Source: Candidatus Cloacimonadales bacterium (GTDB lineage Bacteria; Cloacimonadota; Cloacimonadia; Cloacimonadales; JAIOQZ01). Taken from it: 64,000 nt of DNA. A model generated the notes under the pieces. That model did not search any database, had not been told where the DNA came from, and saw nothing but the letters and a program-made list of their open reading frames with translations. This document shows positions 9,950 through 20,566 of this stretch, piece after piece; position 1 is the first letter of the stretch, and the number at the start of each line of letters is the position of its first letter. Made by a program: the position numbers and the translations under genes. The DNA is taken from assembly GCA_963674825.1 (NCBI GenBank), contig OY771587.1:2272001-2336000 (forward strand), read 5' to 3'.

Positions 9950-11176
9950 TTACTTTTTGTCCGGTTGCGGTATATCGCGATGTTCGATGTTCTTTTTGCG
10001 TTTTTTGAATATGTCGAATCCCTTGGTTCCGATGGTGAACATGACGGTCTTTTCCTGAAGACCATGATCATTCTTATCGCCACGAAGGGTGTATTGAACT
10101 GCGAAGTGTATCTCTTTTCCGGGTGATTTGAATGGCACAGAGAACCCTCCGCTGAATCCCATCTCATTTACGCGATTCTCGTTTACTTCAAAGGGAAGCT
10201 GGCGATAGCTGAAGCCGACACGTACGGGCAAGCTTGCATACCAGTCCTGACGTTCGTACATGGGATCATAAGCGATTCCGATGCTGGCACGGTAGGAATT
10301 GAGATTCTCCACGGCGTTATCGGTTTTTTCCCATAGCTCGTAGTGGAAGTCGCTCGAGAATTTGAATTTCTGTTTGAGCCGCCAGGTTACGCTGAGGCTG
10401 TAGCGTTCGGGGAGCTCGAAGGAGCTGTCGTCCAGATCGCTCACATAGGGATCGAAAACGTAGTTGAATTCGGTGTCGCCTTCCAGCTTGACCTCGGGGC
10501 GATATGCCACGCCGAAAGAGAGATTGCTGAAGCGTTTGCTGAGGCCGATGTTCCAGCTGTAGTTGTGGAAGTAGTGGTCGGTCTCGTACTTAGCGTCAAC
10601 ATAGTCGTCGTCTTCAAAATCAGCCTCCACATAGCGTGAGCGCTGCCCGGTGTAGTAGTTAACGCCGAGTCCGACGTTGATCCAATCCGTATGCAGAGCA
10701 TAGATTGCGTCCAGCCGGTAGATGTTGGATTCGATCCGGTTGATTTCCGTCACGTTCGTGGTTCCGTTGGAGAATGTGTATGAGCGTGTGATTTCGCTCT
10801 CGTAATTACCAGCGGATACAGTGTTGAAGTTGAACGCGAAGTGGTGATTGCCAAAGGGCACTGCGACGGAGAAGTAGGGCAGAAAAAGCCCATCGTCGCG
10901 GAATGAGTTACCAGCTTTATCGGAATAATACATATAGCCAAACGTGACGCCCGAGGAGAAAACCACGCTGCTGCACGAAGTGGCCAGTGACGGATTACCG
11001 AATCCGGTGTTGAAACGATAGAGGTCTGAGTAACCTGTTTCGCCCATTCCGAGGGAATATGTATCGACGCTATAGTACTGCTCGGCAAAGCCATAGCTCG
11101 AAAAAATCGAGTTCGCTGCCAGCATGCCTGATACCGCCAATATAAGCGCGAGAATGCAATATCTTTTTCCTGTCAT
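9950..11176 (-). CDS. Outer membrane beta-barrel protein (FadL/PorV-like superfamily)
   Basis: Signal peptide, S-x-FSSYGF...SLGMG...NPSL N-terminal plug motif, alternating aromatic beta strands. Confidence 0.7.
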   Translation of the reverse strand: MTGKRYCILALILAVSGMLAANSIFSSYGFAEQYYSVDTYSLGMGETGYSDLYRFNTGFGNPSLATSCSSVVFSSGVTFGYMYYSDKAGNSFRDDGLFLPYFSVAVPFGNHHFAFNFNTVSAGNYESEITRSYTFSNGTTNVTEINRIESNIYRLDAIYALHTDWINVGLGVNYYTGQRSRYVEADFEDDDYVDAKYETDHYFHNYSWNIGLSKRFSNLSFGVAYRPEVKLEGDTEFNYVFDPYVSDLDDSSFELPERYSLSVTWRLKQKFKFSSDFHYELWEKTDNAVENLNSYRASIGIAYDPMYERQDWYASLPVRVGFSYRQLPFEVNENRVNEMGFSGGFSVPFKSPGKEIHFAVQYTLRGDKNDHGLQEKTVMFTIGTKGFDIFKKRKKNIEHRDIPQPDKK

Positions 11177-11471
11177 TAGACGTTTCCTTTCAGAGTACCT
11201 TGAACGATCAAAAAACTATTATTCAATCACGTTGTCAAACATTCTTTCCTGCGAAATTATGTACGTTATTAAGTTCGGTCTATCGGCTTGTTTCACAGCG
11301 TTCCGGTGTTGGCTGTGGATGAATAGGGCCGGAAGTGAGCCATTTCGACGATCTTAACAAAATAATTGGTTGACATCCCACACGGTGTTAGCGTAGAGCA
11401 GACGTAGTATTTCCCTTCTACCTGACGACCGTTAAAAGTGCGTCGAAGGCAGGGGAAACAGAGAGGAGACC

Positions 11472-12404
11472 ATGAAAAAATTCTCGCCCTTTCTCTACAT
11501 CCTTCCGGCAGCGATAATCATTATCCTGTTCCGGTTGATCCCGATCATTATCTCCTTTTTCATCAGCTTTTTCGAATGGAAAGTTGATGGTATCGGCTCG
11601 TTCATCGGGCTTCAGAACTACATGCACATCTTTGTGGATCAAGAGTTCTGGCAGTCGATGGTCAACACCTTCTACCTCGTTGTGTTCGTGGTGCCGTCAA
11701 CCTTGGTTCTCTCCTTGATATTCGCGGTTCTGCTGAACCACATCAATGCGCTCAAGGCTTTTTTCCGCACCATATACTTCATTCCTACGGTGACTTCGCT
11801 TGTAGCTATCTCGATCGTCTGGAAAATCATCTACAATCAGCAGAGCGGTCTGATGAACTTCCTGCTGGGCAAGATCGGCATCAATCCGCTCGGTTGGCTC
11901 TCAGAGAGCACCGGCATCTTTCAGATGATCTTCGATAATTTCAACGTACAATTGCCTGCGGTGTTTCAGGGACCATCTCTAGCCCTCTTCTCGATCATCA
12001 TCCTATCCGTATGGCGCTCATTGGGTTACAATACGATTATCTATCTTGCGGGATTGCAGAATATCCCGAATGTATATTATGAAGCTGCCTCTATCGACGG
12101 TGCAAGCAAGGTGCGGCAGTTCTTCGGAATCACCATTCCAATGATCTCGCCCACAACATACTACGTGCTGATGATGACCACGATTACCACTTTCCAGGTA
12201 TTTTCGCAGGTTTACCTGATGACTGGACCTCCCATTGGCGGTCCGCTGGGAACGACAAAAGTGATCGTCTATTATATCTTCGACAAAGGCTTTGGCGAAA
12301 GCAATAACCTGAGTTACGCAAGTGCGATCGCGCTCGTGCTCTTCCTGATTATTCTGGGACTTACCATGCTGCAGAAGCGGCTTGAGAAACGAGTTCACTA
12401 TTGA
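11472..12404 (+). CDS. Carbohydrate ABC transporter permease (MalF/UgpA type)
   Basis: GLQNY, EAA motif YYEAASIDGAS, six TM helices. Confidence 0.9.
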   Translation: MKKFSPFLYILPAAIIIILFRLIPIIISFFISFFEWKVDGIGSFIGLQNYMHIFVDQEFWQSMVNTFYLVVFVVPSTLVLSLIFAVLLNHINALKAFFRTIYFIPTVTSLVAISIVWKIIYNQQSGLMNFLLGKIGINPLGWLSESTGIFQMIFDNFNVQLPAVFQGPSLALFSIIILSVWRSLGYNTIIYLAGLQNIPNVYYEAASIDGASKVRQFFGITIPMISPTTYYVLMMTTITTFQVFSQVYLMTGPPIGGPLGTTKVIVYYIFDKGFGESNNLSYASAIALVLFLIILGLTMLQKRLEKRVHY

Positions 12405-13060
12405 TCCATAAAAAGACGACCATGATCGCTGTCCGTCATGGTGAGACGGAGTGGAACGCGCAACTGCGATATCAGGGTCACCTGAACTCAGAACTTACGC
12501 CGCGTGGTCTGGCACAGGCTGGAGCCGCTGCGGATGCCCTGGCGACAGCGTCGCCGCTCTGGAACGGAAGCTTTGCAGCACTCTACAGCAGTGACCTGGG
12601 CAGAGCCGTGCAGACAGCGGAAGCGATCGGCAAGAAGCTGAATCTGCCGGTCATGACCGATACGCGGATGCGTGAGATCCATCTTGGCATCGTACAAGGC
12701 ATGACACGTATGGAAATCGCGGAGAAGCACCCTGAGATCCATCGTCAGATCGATCATTGGGAATATGCGCCACCGGAAGGTGAGACGCGCCAGCAGCGAT
12801 ATGATCGCTCGGTGGAGTGCATGCTTGAGCTGTTCGATCGCCACGACGGCGAGACCTTTATCCTGGTCACTCATGGCGGTGTGCTGGATGGCCTTTTGCG
12901 TTACACGCTGAAGATCCCGATATCGGATCCACGTCGGTTCTCGATCTTTAACGGAAGCTTGAATGTTATCAGCCGGCAGGGCGACGATATGCGGCTGGAG
13001 AGTTGGGGAATTGTCCATCACCTCACCAGTTCACGCGTCCTGGATGGCGAAAAAATATGA
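12401..13060 (+). CDS. Histidine phosphatase family protein
   Basis: RHGETEWN, SSDLGRA and THGG motifs. Confidence 0.9.
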   Translation: MIHKKTTMIAVRHGETEWNAQLRYQGHLNSELTPRGLAQAGAAADALATASPLWNGSFAALYSSDLGRAVQTAEAIGKKLNLPVMTDTRMREIHLGIVQGMTRMEIAEKHPEIHRQIDHWEYAPPEGETRQQRYDRSVECMLELFDRHDGETFILVTHGGVLDGLLRYTLKIPISDPRRFSIFNGSLNVISRQGDDMRLESWGIVHHLTSSRVLDGEKI

Positions 13061-13071
13061 GGAAATAAGAC

Positions 13072-14058
13072 ATGCGCTGGATTGGAAAAAGCCTGACCTA
13101 CGCAATCCTGATTCTTTGCGGATTGACCATGGTGGTCCCGTTTTTATGGATGGTTACCACTGCACTCAAGACACAGATCGAAGTGAACAAAGGGAACGTG
13201 GGATTTATCCCCATCGACGATACGACAATATATCGCGAAGGCGATCAAACCTTCAACGTGAAGATCGTCAAAACCGAAGGCGATTACGCGTACGTGCACT
13301 TCTTCGATAAGGATAACAACATCATCAAGGATAAGGCCTACACCAAGGTTCCGGTCTCGTCCCTGAAGAGCGTGAAAAAGCTGAATCCGCATTGGGAGAA
13401 CTTCGGCAAGGCGTTCAGTAAGGTTCCATTTGGCCGCTATTTTCTGAATACGATCATTGTGTCGCTTTTCATTATGGTGGGTGTGATTGTGACTTCCTCG
13501 CTGGCTGCGTATGCATTCGCGAGGATGCATTTCTTCGGCAAGGATGTGCTTTTCTATCTGTTCATCAGCATGATGATGGTTCCTCAGCCGATCTACCTTA
13601 TTCCTTCGTATGTGCTTTTAAACCATTTGGGATGGCTCGATACTTATCAGGCGCTCATCGTCCCATGGCTCGCCAATATTTTTACTATCTTCCTGCTTCG
13701 GCAGCATTTTAAAACACTTCCACAGGATCTCTTCGACGCCGCCGCTATCGACGGATGCAGCCGCTTCCGTATGTTGTGGCAAATCGTCCTGCCGCTTTCA
13801 AAGGGCGTAATCGCCACTGCCGCGATTTTCTCGGTGATCGGTAGCTGGAACAGCTTCATGTGGCCGCTGGTCATGACAAATAGCGAGTCGATCCGCGTCC
13901 TGCAGGTTGGTCTGAGCTACTTCTCGCAGGAATCGTCATCACAGACGGTGCTGCTGATGGCTGCGTCCACATTCAGCATTCTTCCGCTGGTTATCCTGTT
14001 CCTGCTGGCACAACGTCAGATCATCCAGAGCTTTGCATCCAGCGGATTGAAAGGGTAA
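13072..14058 (+). CDS. Carbohydrate ABC transporter permease (MalG/UgpE type)
   Basis: AAYAFAR, LFDAAAIDG, SWNSFMWP. Confidence 0.9.
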   Translation: MRWIGKSLTYAILILCGLTMVVPFLWMVTTALKTQIEVNKGNVGFIPIDDTTIYREGDQTFNVKIVKTEGDYAYVHFFDKDNNIIKDKAYTKVPVSSLKSVKKLNPHWENFGKAFSKVPFGRYFLNTIIVSLFIMVGVIVTSSLAAYAFARMHFFGKDVLFYLFISMMMVPQPIYLIPSYVLLNHLGWLDTYQALIVPWLANIFTIFLLRQHFKTLPQDLFDAAAIDGCSRFRMLWQIVLPLSKGVIATAAIFSVIGSWNSFMWPLVMTNSESIRVLQVGLSYFSQESSSQTVLLMAASTFSILPLVILFLLAQRQIIQSFASSGLKG

Positions 14059-14105
14059 GGCAACATCAGGACTTTCGACCTCAACGATGACTTACCGATC
14101 TTTTA

Positions 14106-16493
14106 TTACTCCGATCTGAGGTATTCGATAAGGCGTTTCTGGTGCAACCTGCGCCAATGAATGAGTACTCCTGTGAAAATCAGCAGGCATATGGAGGCCA
14201 GGCCGAAGAGGTAATCGAACACCGTGAGACTTACCCGGCTCGAGAAGCCTTCCAGCCAGCGCTGCAGCACATAATAACTGACCGGAATTGAAATACCGAA
14301 CGCGATACCGGAGATGATCAGGTAGTTATTCAGGAGATAGATGAGTGTATCGCGCTGACTTGCTCCAAGCACCCGACGAATGGCGAGGTTTTTCATCTGT
14401 CTGCGCAGCGTGTATGCCGTGAGCCCGAAGATACCAACGAATGTGAAGAACATTCCGATGATGGCGATTCCGACAACCACTTTCATGAAATTCCGTTCCG
14501 GGTCCGATTGATGTACGAATTCCCAGTCGGTGTTGTATTCTGTTGCGGCCATTACTGTCGTCAGAGAACGCTGCTGGAAGTAATCCATGATCTTCTTGTG
14601 TGTCACTTGAGCGATAGCAGGTGTAACGCGGAAATGGAAATAGGTCTCCAGTTGTTTGTCGCGATAATAAACCATGGGCTGGATATTCTTACGGAATCCT
14701 TCCCAATAAGCGTCTCCCACAACGCCGATGATGGGTCCCTGAAAATAGATGTTATTGGGTAAATTCTGCCCAAGCTCGATTTCGGTACCGAGCTTGATTC
14801 CGTGGTAGCCGAACCGCTTGATGAATGACTGGTTCACAACGACTCCGGTGCTATCGTTACCCTCCCACAATCTGCCTTCTATCAGCGGAATTCGATACAC
14901 GTCGAAGAAATCGCCACCAATGTAATTGAATCCGCAATTGCCGTATGAACCTTCGCTTTTCGTACCGTGAATCCGAACGAAGATCTTCATCAGGTAGTCT
15001 GGCGGCATGATCATGCCATGTGACACAGCCTCAACGCCAGGAATCCTGCTTACTTCCTCCATAATCTCTTCCTGCGGTGTATCGCCGAGGAACGCGAGAT
15101 GATAGCTGAAGACGTTAGTCGAGTCGAAGCCAGGATCCTTAGTGTCGATCAGGTGGATCTGACGGATGAGCAGAATGGAGCTGGTCAGCAGCACAAGAGC
15201 GATGGTCAGTTGCACCAGCATGGCGAATTTCCAGAAAGAACCTGAGAGTTCACGATACAGGATCACCCTGGCGAATGCGGCAGGATAAAGCACGATGATA
15301 GCTCCGGCGGTGATCATGCCATAGAGTGAATAGGCCACAACTTTCGACCAATCGATGTTCTCGATGCAGAAGCTGGGAATGATCGTTTGCAGATAAGGTA
15401 GAATAATTGAAAGAAGGAGAACGGTGAAAAGCGCCATCAGCAGGTAAATACTGAGATGCTCGCGCGTGAATAGCCAAAAGATATCCCAACTAGCTGCGCC
15501 GGCACTTCGACGGATGACGAGCTCCTTTTTGCGGCTCAGGGTGCGGACCATGAGCAGGATCAGGCTGTTTGTCACCAGAACCATCAGAATCGCGATTGCA
15601 ACGACGCCGTATTTGACGAGCTTGCTCTTGTCGAAAGTGTCGAAATAGCTCACGAATGTCTTTTCGTAATGGGTCTCATCCATGGGTACGACACGGAAGG
15701 TGATCTTCGTATTCTCGGGCAGATTGGGTATCTTGTCGAGATTCTCTTCGATTATACGGTCTGCTTCCTGAACCAGAATAGCTGGATCCGTGTCCTCATC
15801 CAGGATGCAGTATAGCTCATCTAGCGAATAATGGAATTCATCGGGTTTCTCCATGACGGTTGAGGATGTATTGAGATCGTTCTCCGTGTAATGGGTGATA
15901 TAGTCTCCCTGGATATGCTGGTTTGAAGGGAAGTCTTCGAATACACCGGTTACAACGTAGCGTGGGAATGTCCTTCCAGGAAGATGAAGGAGCAGTTCTT
16001 CGCCCACGGGATTGATGTCGCCGAATATCTCGAGCGCTTTCGAGCGGGATATCAGCAGTGATTTATTCTGCTGAGAAAACGCGTCGGCCCACGTTCCATA
16101 CACCATCTTGAAGTTGAGCCTTTCCGGCGCGTTTCTTGAGCAGTAGATGACCTTACCCAGTGCAATCGGATTATCGTTCCAGGTGAACATCAGCTTGATG
16201 TCATATACGGTGACCGTAAACCAATCTTTGATTTGCGGCAGCCTTGCTACGAGCGGACCGGCCACCTGCTGAGAAATACCGGTCGATGTGTAGTCGTATC
16301 CGAGGGAGTGATCCATCTGTACGCGCCAGATGTTCTCATGATTTGGGATATGCTTGTCCCACGATAGTTGGTAGGTAATATGAATAGTAAGCAGCACGAA
16401 TATTGTCATGCCGAGAATCATGCAGATGATCAGGATTGAGCTGAGAAGAGGTTCCGTTAGCCATACACGCAAGAAACGAGGTACATTTCGCAT
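14106..16493 (-). CDS. MacB/FtsX-family ABC permease (duplicated)
   Basis: Two FtsX-type motifs (RKKELVIRRSAGA; QMKNLAIRRVLGA) with periplasmic domains; ~795 aa. Confidence 0.8.
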   Translation of the reverse strand: MRNVPRFLRVWLTEPLLSSILIICMILGMTIFVLLTIHITYQLSWDKHIPNHENIWRVQMDHSLGYDYTSTGISQQVAGPLVARLPQIKDWFTVTVYDIKLMFTWNDNPIALGKVIYCSRNAPERLNFKMVYGTWADAFSQQNKSLLISRSKALEIFGDINPVGEELLLHLPGRTFPRYVVTGVFEDFPSNQHIQGDYITHYTENDLNTSSTVMEKPDEFHYSLDELYCILDEDTDPAILVQEADRIIEENLDKIPNLPENTKITFRVVPMDETHYEKTFVSYFDTFDKSKLVKYGVVAIAILMVLVTNSLILLMVRTLSRKKELVIRRSAGAASWDIFWLFTREHLSIYLLMALFTVLLLSIILPYLQTIIPSFCIENIDWSKVVAYSLYGMITAGAIIVLYPAAFARVILYRELSGSFWKFAMLVQLTIALVLLTSSILLIRQIHLIDTKDPGFDSTNVFSYHLAFLGDTPQEEIMEEVSRIPGVEAVSHGMIMPPDYLMKIFVRIHGTKSEGSYGNCGFNYIGGDFFDVYRIPLIEGRLWEGNDSTGVVVNQSFIKRFGYHGIKLGTEIELGQNLPNNIYFQGPIIGVVGDAYWEGFRKNIQPMVYYRDKQLETYFHFRVTPAIAQVTHKKIMDYFQQRSLTTVMAATEYNTDWEFVHQSDPERNFMKVVVGIAIIGMFFTFVGIFGLTAYTLRRQMKNLAIRRVLGASQRDTLIYLLNNYLIISGIAFGISIPVSYYVLQRWLEGFSSRVSLTVFDYLFGLASICLLIFTGVLIHWRRLHQKRLIEYLRSE

Positions 16494-16825
16494 TAACAAC
16501 TCCAGATTTCAAGTTCGAGTAGGAAGATTACATGCATTTCATGTTCCGATGAAGGTAAGTTTGAATTGCATTTTTACGAATGGTAGTATGATTGAGCAAT
16601 GGTTATAGTCAACAAACTATATTGGAAAGCTTTGGCAGGATTCTGGACGGTCGCACGTGTTGATGCTTTCTGCGGGGTATGGTCAATCGGGAATACGATT
16701 ACGGAAACTATCTGTACGGTATCGGTCAGAAATGAAATCATCTTCTGAATGTGACGAATGTTGTGAGACTCTTCCGAATGTTGATTTCATGAGCTTGGGA
16801 TGATCGATGAGAGATGGGGATAGGG

Positions 16826-16852
16826 ATGCGGACGAGGACCTCCGCGCTCCAT
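16826..16852. repeat. REP-like hairpin, family B
   Basis: ATGCGGACGAGGACCTCCGCGCTCCAT; 26/27 identical to the reverse complement of 62539-62565. Confidence 0.8.
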
Positions 16853-16905
16853 GTAGAGAGAAATACGGGCGAAAAAAATTGCGTACCCAGGAAGACATGG
16901 GAAAG

Positions 16906-16940
16906 AAAAAAAGCCGCCCTCACCCAGAGAGGCGGCTTTT
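16906..16940 (-). terminator. Intrinsic terminator after secF (possibly bidirectional)
   Basis: AAAAGCCGCC...GGCGGCTTTT hairpin with A/T tracts on both sides. Confidence 0.8.
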
Positions 16941-16970
16941 ACGATATATTGCCTTGAGAAATCTCGTGAA

Positions 16971-17891
16971 TTAGTTACCGCGAGTGATACCTTTCTTCTT
17001 CTCACGTTTGAGGAAGTATTCCACCATAATCGGGCTTGCGATGAAGATGGAAGAATAGGTACCGACGACAACACCGATCATCAACGCAAACGCGAAGTCA
17101 TGGATCACGGTACCGCCGAAGAGGTACAGAGAAAGCACCACGATGAAGGTGGTGAGTGAGGTGATCACGGTACGGTTGAGCGTTTCATTGATACTGTGGT
17201 TGATCACGCTCTCGTACGATTCGCGACGGTAGATTTTCAGATCTTCGCGGATACGGTCGAACACCACGATTGTATCGTTGAGGGAGTAACCAACGATGGT
17301 CAGCAGCGCGGCGACGATGTTGAGGCTCATTTCCTTGCCGACGATTGAGAATACGCCGACGGTAATCAGCACGTCGTGGAACAGCGCAGCGACAGCAGCC
17401 ACACCAAAGGTGAACTGGAAGCGCCACCAGATGTAGAGGATGATACCAAGAAGTGAGTAGAAGATAGCCAGCACGGCCTTGCCGCGAAGCTCTTTACCAA
17501 TCTTGGGACCGATCTTTTCCTGTGAGCGGGAAACCACTTCATAACCAGTGTAATTCGCTTTGATCTTTTCGATCAGCTGCTCGCCTTCGCCTTCTGCCTG
17601 CTGTGTCTTGATCAGGTAGTGGTTAGTTCCTCTGTAGCGCTGAATCTCCGCATCGGGATATCCTGCGTCCTTGAGTGCATCTCGAAGATCGCTCACGGAG
17701 AGGTCAGGATTTCCTTCTTGTGGGATGATGGTCAGCTCGACCGACACACCACCGGTGAAGTCGATACTGTACTTCGGACCACCCTGGATGATCAGAGATA
17801 CGATACCGGCGAGAATGATCAGGCCAGATACGATGAACATCGTTCTTCTTTTACCGACAAAATCTATTTTTGTGTCTCCGAATAATCTCAT
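16971..17891 (-). CDS. secF: Protein translocase subunit SecF
   Basis: IDFTGG, HDVLIT, GYSLNDTIVVFDRIRE, GTYSSIFIA. Confidence 0.97.
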   Translation of the reverse strand: MRLFGDTKIDFVGKRRTMFIVSGLIILAGIVSLIIQGGPKYSIDFTGGVSVELTIIPQEGNPDLSVSDLRDALKDAGYPDAEIQRYRGTNHYLIKTQQAEGEGEQLIEKIKANYTGYEVVSRSQEKIGPKIGKELRGKAVLAIFYSLLGIILYIWWRFQFTFGVAAVAALFHDVLITVGVFSIVGKEMSLNIVAALLTIVGYSLNDTIVVFDRIREDLKIYRRESYESVINHSINETLNRTVITSLTTFIVVLSLYLFGGTVIHDFAFALMIGVVVGTYSSIFIASPIMVEYFLKREKKKGITRGN

Positions 17892-17900
17892 TGGAGCCTC

Positions 17901-19655
17901 CTAAATACTCAGCGTCTTACGGGGTTTATTTCCGATCATACCGTCGAAGATGGCGCGCACCAGGATAATGGAGGCGAACATCGATCCGATGATACCGATG
18001 GAAAGTGTAACCGCGAATCCGCGGATGGGTCCGGTTCCAAACTGATACAGCACGATTGCTGTAATAAGGGTGGTAATATTCGCGTCCAGAATGGTCACAA
18101 TCGCGCGGCTGAAGCCGGAATCGATCGCGGAGCGAACCGTCTTGCCGGTTCTGAGCTCTTCACGGATACGTTCGAAGATCAGCACGTTGGCGTCAACCGC
18201 CATACCGATCGTAAGGATCATACCAGCGATACCTGGAAGCGTAAGAGTTGCTTCGAGCATGGTCAGGGCTGCAAGGATGAAGCCGATGTTCACGAGCAGA
18301 GCCAGGTCGGCGATAAGGCCGGATAGCTTGTAGTAAATGGTCATGAACAGGGCAACAACGATCAAACCGATCACGGCTGACATAAAACCAGCCTTGATAC
18401 TGTCGGAACCGAGGGTCGGGCCCACGCTGCGTTCCTGAATAATGGTAACTGGCGCCGGAAGATTACCGGCTTTAAGCACGATCACGAGGTCCTGAGCTTC
18501 TTCTTCGTCAGCCAGACCAGTGATGCGGCCTTCGCCAAAGATCTTGTCCTGGATGGTCGGCGCCATGAAGACGTTGTCGTCCAGTACGATCGCGAGGCGA
18601 CGGTTGATATTGTTACCTGTGAGGGTAGCGAATTTTTTACTGCCGTTGCGGTTGAACTCGAGCGCGACATACGGTTTGTTCTGTTCGCGCGGGTCATCGC
18701 CCTGGCCGATTCTCACGCTCGCGTCCGCGAGATCCTGTCCTGTAACTTCTGCTTCGTCTTCAAGCACGTACAGTGGACGGGGCTTCGTGGGATCGAGTTT
18801 GCTCTCTTTTCCGAGCAGAATTTCAGTTCCCTGAACCATTTTGTGCTTGATCTTTTCATCCTGAAGGATTTTGGTCACAAGCTGAACATTGTTCTGGGAA
18901 ACCATCATCGGATAACCGTTGTAAGAGGTGATCTTGGAGAAGAGGTTCTTTTTGTCGATCGTCGTGACTTCTTCGTCTTCAGCGACTACTTCTTCTTCGG
19001 TTCCGGTCGAGTCATTTTCTTCTTCGAATTCGATGGGTGTTTCAACATCTTCGGTGAATTCGGCGAAGTTTTTCAACTGAGGATACTCTACTGCGTAGTA
19101 TGTATCGTAGTTGAGCTCGATTTCTTTGTCGATGCGCTCGAAGGTTTGTTTGAGCTTCTCGTCTTCTGCGACCAGTTTGAATTCGAGTCGCGCGGTTTTT
19201 TTAATCAGATCCTTGGCGCGATCAAAATCGTGAACGCCCGGTAACTGAAGAATAATACGGTTTTTACCGGGTGAACGGGTCAATATGGGTTCGGCTACAC
19301 CGAATTGGTCAATACGATTTCGTATGATTTCGAGTGCTGCTTGAACTGCCTGCTCCTGTTCGGCTTCAGGTATGTTCGTATCGGTGAAATCAACCGCCAG
19401 GTCGATCTGCATACCGCCCTTGAGGTCAAGACCGAGCTTGAGCAGCTTGTCTGTCCAAAGACGCATTGAGTAGTCGGTACCATCATCACCCGACTTGAGT
19501 AAATAATCCCACGGTAACAGAGAGACAGTTTTCTTCTCGTCTGCCTGGGGAGACTTCATTGTCTCAAGAAGCAGGGGTACCAGAAAATAGGCAATCCCCA
19601 GCAGGACAACGATGATGATAATCGTTCTTAATCGTGTTTTTTTCATCAGCATCAA
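17901..19655 (-). CDS. secD: Protein translocase subunit SecD
   Basis: LGLDLKGG, RIDQFGVAEP, GMAVDANVLIFERIREE. Confidence 0.97.
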   Translation of the reverse strand: MMLMKKTRLRTIIIIVVLLGIAYFLVPLLLETMKSPQADEKKTVSLLPWDYLLKSGDDGTDYSMRLWTDKLLKLGLDLKGGMQIDLAVDFTDTNIPEAEQEQAVQAALEIIRNRIDQFGVAEPILTRSPGKNRIILQLPGVHDFDRAKDLIKKTARLEFKLVAEDEKLKQTFERIDKEIELNYDTYYAVEYPQLKNFAEFTEDVETPIEFEEENDSTGTEEEVVAEDEEVTTIDKKNLFSKITSYNGYPMMVSQNNVQLVTKILQDEKIKHKMVQGTEILLGKESKLDPTKPRPLYVLEDEAEVTGQDLADASVRIGQGDDPREQNKPYVALEFNRNGSKKFATLTGNNINRRLAIVLDDNVFMAPTIQDKIFGEGRITGLADEEEAQDLVIVLKAGNLPAPVTIIQERSVGPTLGSDSIKAGFMSAVIGLIVVALFMTIYYKLSGLIADLALLVNIGFILAALTMLEATLTLPGIAGMILTIGMAVDANVLIFERIREELRTGKTVRSAIDSGFSRAIVTILDANITTLITAIVLYQFGTGPIRGFAVTLSIGIIGSMFASIILVRAIFDGMIGNKPRKTLSI

Positions 19656-19757
19656 CTCCCTTGATTATAATCTTCCAATGCTGTATCTAACTCCCGTAGC
19701 TATTAATCAGTTTATACGCACAGGGGTCTAACAACAAAATTCATACCTTTTTCGGCG

Positions 19758-20060
19758 TCAAGGTTTTTGTCCTTCACTCATAAATCCGATTTCTTTATCG
19801 CCGGATTTTTCATAGGTGTCGATTGTGCCGTGCTTCTTTTCGTAGTTCTCGATATTCGCTTTCAGAATGTTGAAGAACTGCTTTGCATGCTGCGGCGTCG
19901 TGACGATTCGGCTATAAATCTTCGCTTCGGGAATACCCGGCATCAGACGACCGAAATCCATGATGAATTCGGAAGGCGACCAAGCCATCATGAACATATT
20001 GGAATATGTTCCCTCGCCGATCGTAGCATCCAGCTTGACGTTGATTTTCTGTTTCTGCAT
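19758..20060 (-). CDS. DUF3467 family protein
   Basis: GTYSN...SPSEFIMDF...SRIVTTPQHAK...YEKKHG pattern. Confidence 0.8.
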   Translation of the reverse strand: MQKQKINVKLDATIGEGTYSNMFMMAWSPSEFIMDFGRLMPGIPEAKIYSRIVTTPQHAKQFFNILKANIENYEKKHGTIDTYEKSGDKEIGFMSEGQKP

Positions 20061-20064
20061 CTTA

Positions 20065-20556
20065 CTACTCCTTAAATTTTTTCTTGAATTTCTCGATCAG
20101 GATTGCCTCGACATTTTTCGGCACATATTCGCTCAGGTTGCCACCCAGAAGGATTACCTGACGTACCATGCTGGAGCTCAGGTAAAGGTACTTGTGGTCT
20201 GGAAGCAGGAACATTGTCTCGATATCGGGGCTCAGATTGCGGTTCATGAGCGCCAGTGAAAGCTCGTACTCGAAATCCGAGACTGCACGCAGCCCCCGGA
20301 TCATCACGTCGGCTTCCACCTTTTTGGCAAAGTCAACAACCAAACCGGAGAAACGCTCCACGCGAACATGTTTGAGGTCAGATACAGCCTGCCGGCAGAT
20401 CTCCTCACGTTCTTCAAGGCTGAGGAAAGTATTTTTACCGGTCGTTTCGGCTACGGCAACAATTACTTCGTCAAAGATACCGGTTGCTTTCCGCAGGATG
20501 TCGATATGACCGAATGTGATGGGATCGAAAGTACCCGGATAGATCGCTCGTTTCAT
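20065..20556 (-). CDS. coaD: Phosphopantetheine adenylyltransferase
   Basis: YPGTFDPITFGH, RGLRAVSDFEYE, SSSMVR. Confidence 0.97.
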   Translation of the reverse strand: MKRAIYPGTFDPITFGHIDILRKATGIFDEVIVAVAETTGKNTFLSLEEREEICRQAVSDLKHVRVERFSGLVVDFAKKVEADVMIRGLRAVSDFEYELSLALMNRNLSPDIETMFLLPDHKYLYLSSSMVRQVILLGGNLSEYVPKNVEAILIEKFKKKFKE

Positions 20557-20566
20557 GCCAACTCCG

